A stretch of 57,352 nt of DNA. Source: a virus. Lineage: Duplodnaviria > Caudoviricetes. Below the pieces are notes generated by a model. It saw nothing but the letters and a program-made list of their open reading frames with translations, searched no databases and was not told where the DNA came from. The stretch spans positions 1 to 57,352 of the IMG/VR virus record IMGVR_UViG_3300044960_000873. The stretch is one strand, 5' to 3'. Below, piece by piece: positions 56,634 to 57,352 of the stretch (positions are counted from its first letter, which is position 1; each line of letters opens with the position of its first letter). The position numbers were made by a program, and so were the translations under genes.

Positions 56634-57352
56634 CAGCCAAACGCATTCCGGTGTTTGATCACGTCGGTCGCCCCCAGCCCATCGGTCACGGTGTTCGCCC
56701 CCGGATTCAGCACCGGCCAGCCGGCCGCCGTCGTCGGCAGCGGGCTGTTGTAAATCGGCCCGCTGCCGCTCGTCGTCGGTATGCCCGTCTCGCAATCGAG
56801 CGTCAACGTTGCGTCCGGCGCGAACGTCCCGGGGAAATTGATCGTGTACGCACCAATGGTGTAATTGCCTGCGTAATAGTCGTAATTTTGCGGCGCACCC
56901 ACCACGACCGTCGGCGGCGCGTTGATGGTGGTCCGGACCGGCGATCCGATATCATCGAACGTCACCGTCGCCGGGTCAGCCCCACCGCCGTCGTTCTCGA
57001 TCCCAGCCGCGATGGCTATGTAATTGATGGCGATATTGATCGACGTGGAAACCGAGGCGTTCGCGCGCGTGGTCCACGCGTTGAGCCAGCGGTCGCTGTT
57101 CGGCTGTCGAACGCGCACGTACGCCTGGGCTGACGCACCATTCAGATTCGCCGTCGTTCGGCTCAGATTCACGATGCTCGATCCGCCGCCCGGCACGGCA
57201 ACATACATCGAGTCGTAATCGCTCGTCCCCTGCGTCAGCAGTTCGAACGTGACTGCTGCCCCGTCGGACTGCAACTGGTAGACGATATTGGCGGACGGGT
57301 TGTGATATGCCGTCGCCGCTGGCACCCAGGAACCGGCGAACGATGGATGCGT
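56633..57352 (-). CDS. Distal-tail-like protein, 3' part
   Basis: Ends with Dit-like WPVLNPGANTV; continues from 1-1084. Confidence 0.75.
   Translation of the reverse strand, partial: THPSFAGSWVPAATAYHNPSANIVYQLQSDGAAVTFELLTQGTSDYDSMYVAVPGGGSSIVNLSRTTANLNGASAQAYVRVRQPNSDRWLNAWTTRANASVSTSINIAINYIAIAAGIENDGGGADPATVTFDDIGSPVRTTINAPPTVVVGAPQNYDYYAGNYTIGAYTINFPGTFAPDATLTLDCETGIPTTSGSGPIYNSPLPTTAAGWPVLNPGANTVTDGLGATDVIKHRNAFG
57121..57352. repeat. Terminal direct repeat, copy 2
   Basis: Matches 1-232 with one mismatch. Confidence 0.97.

Overview
This window looks like a complete, circular, temperate tailed-phage genome. The unit length is about 57,120 bp: bases 1-232 repeat at 57121-57352 with one mismatch, and a tail gene reads through the junction. 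It is GC-rich, and the endolysin repeats suggest a Chloroflexota (Thermomicrobia-like) host. The minus strand carries the tail, head and packaging genes, a DNA-modification and replication block (Mom-like GNAT, DpdA-like transglycosylase plus YhhQ/VUT transporter, initiator with iterons, DnaB, RecT-like), lysis genes and a second virion-protein cluster. A cI/cro switch, a tyrosine integrase and a probable attP sit at about 30.3-33.1 kb. The accessory region (33.1-46.5 kb) is the striking part. (1) Small genes are separated by repeated modules, four of which contain a canonical type III hammerhead ribozyme abutting the next ribosome-binding site. (2) A TnpB homologue with an Asp-to-Ala change in RuvC-III is followed immediately by a 4-repeat CRISPR mini-array. 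(3) Converging on that array is a type IV-B CRISPR-Cas operon (csf1-csf2-cas11-csf3-cysH) that, atypically, continues through a glycosyltransferase to a cas6 gene. All calls come from motif recognition by eye; no database searches were run.
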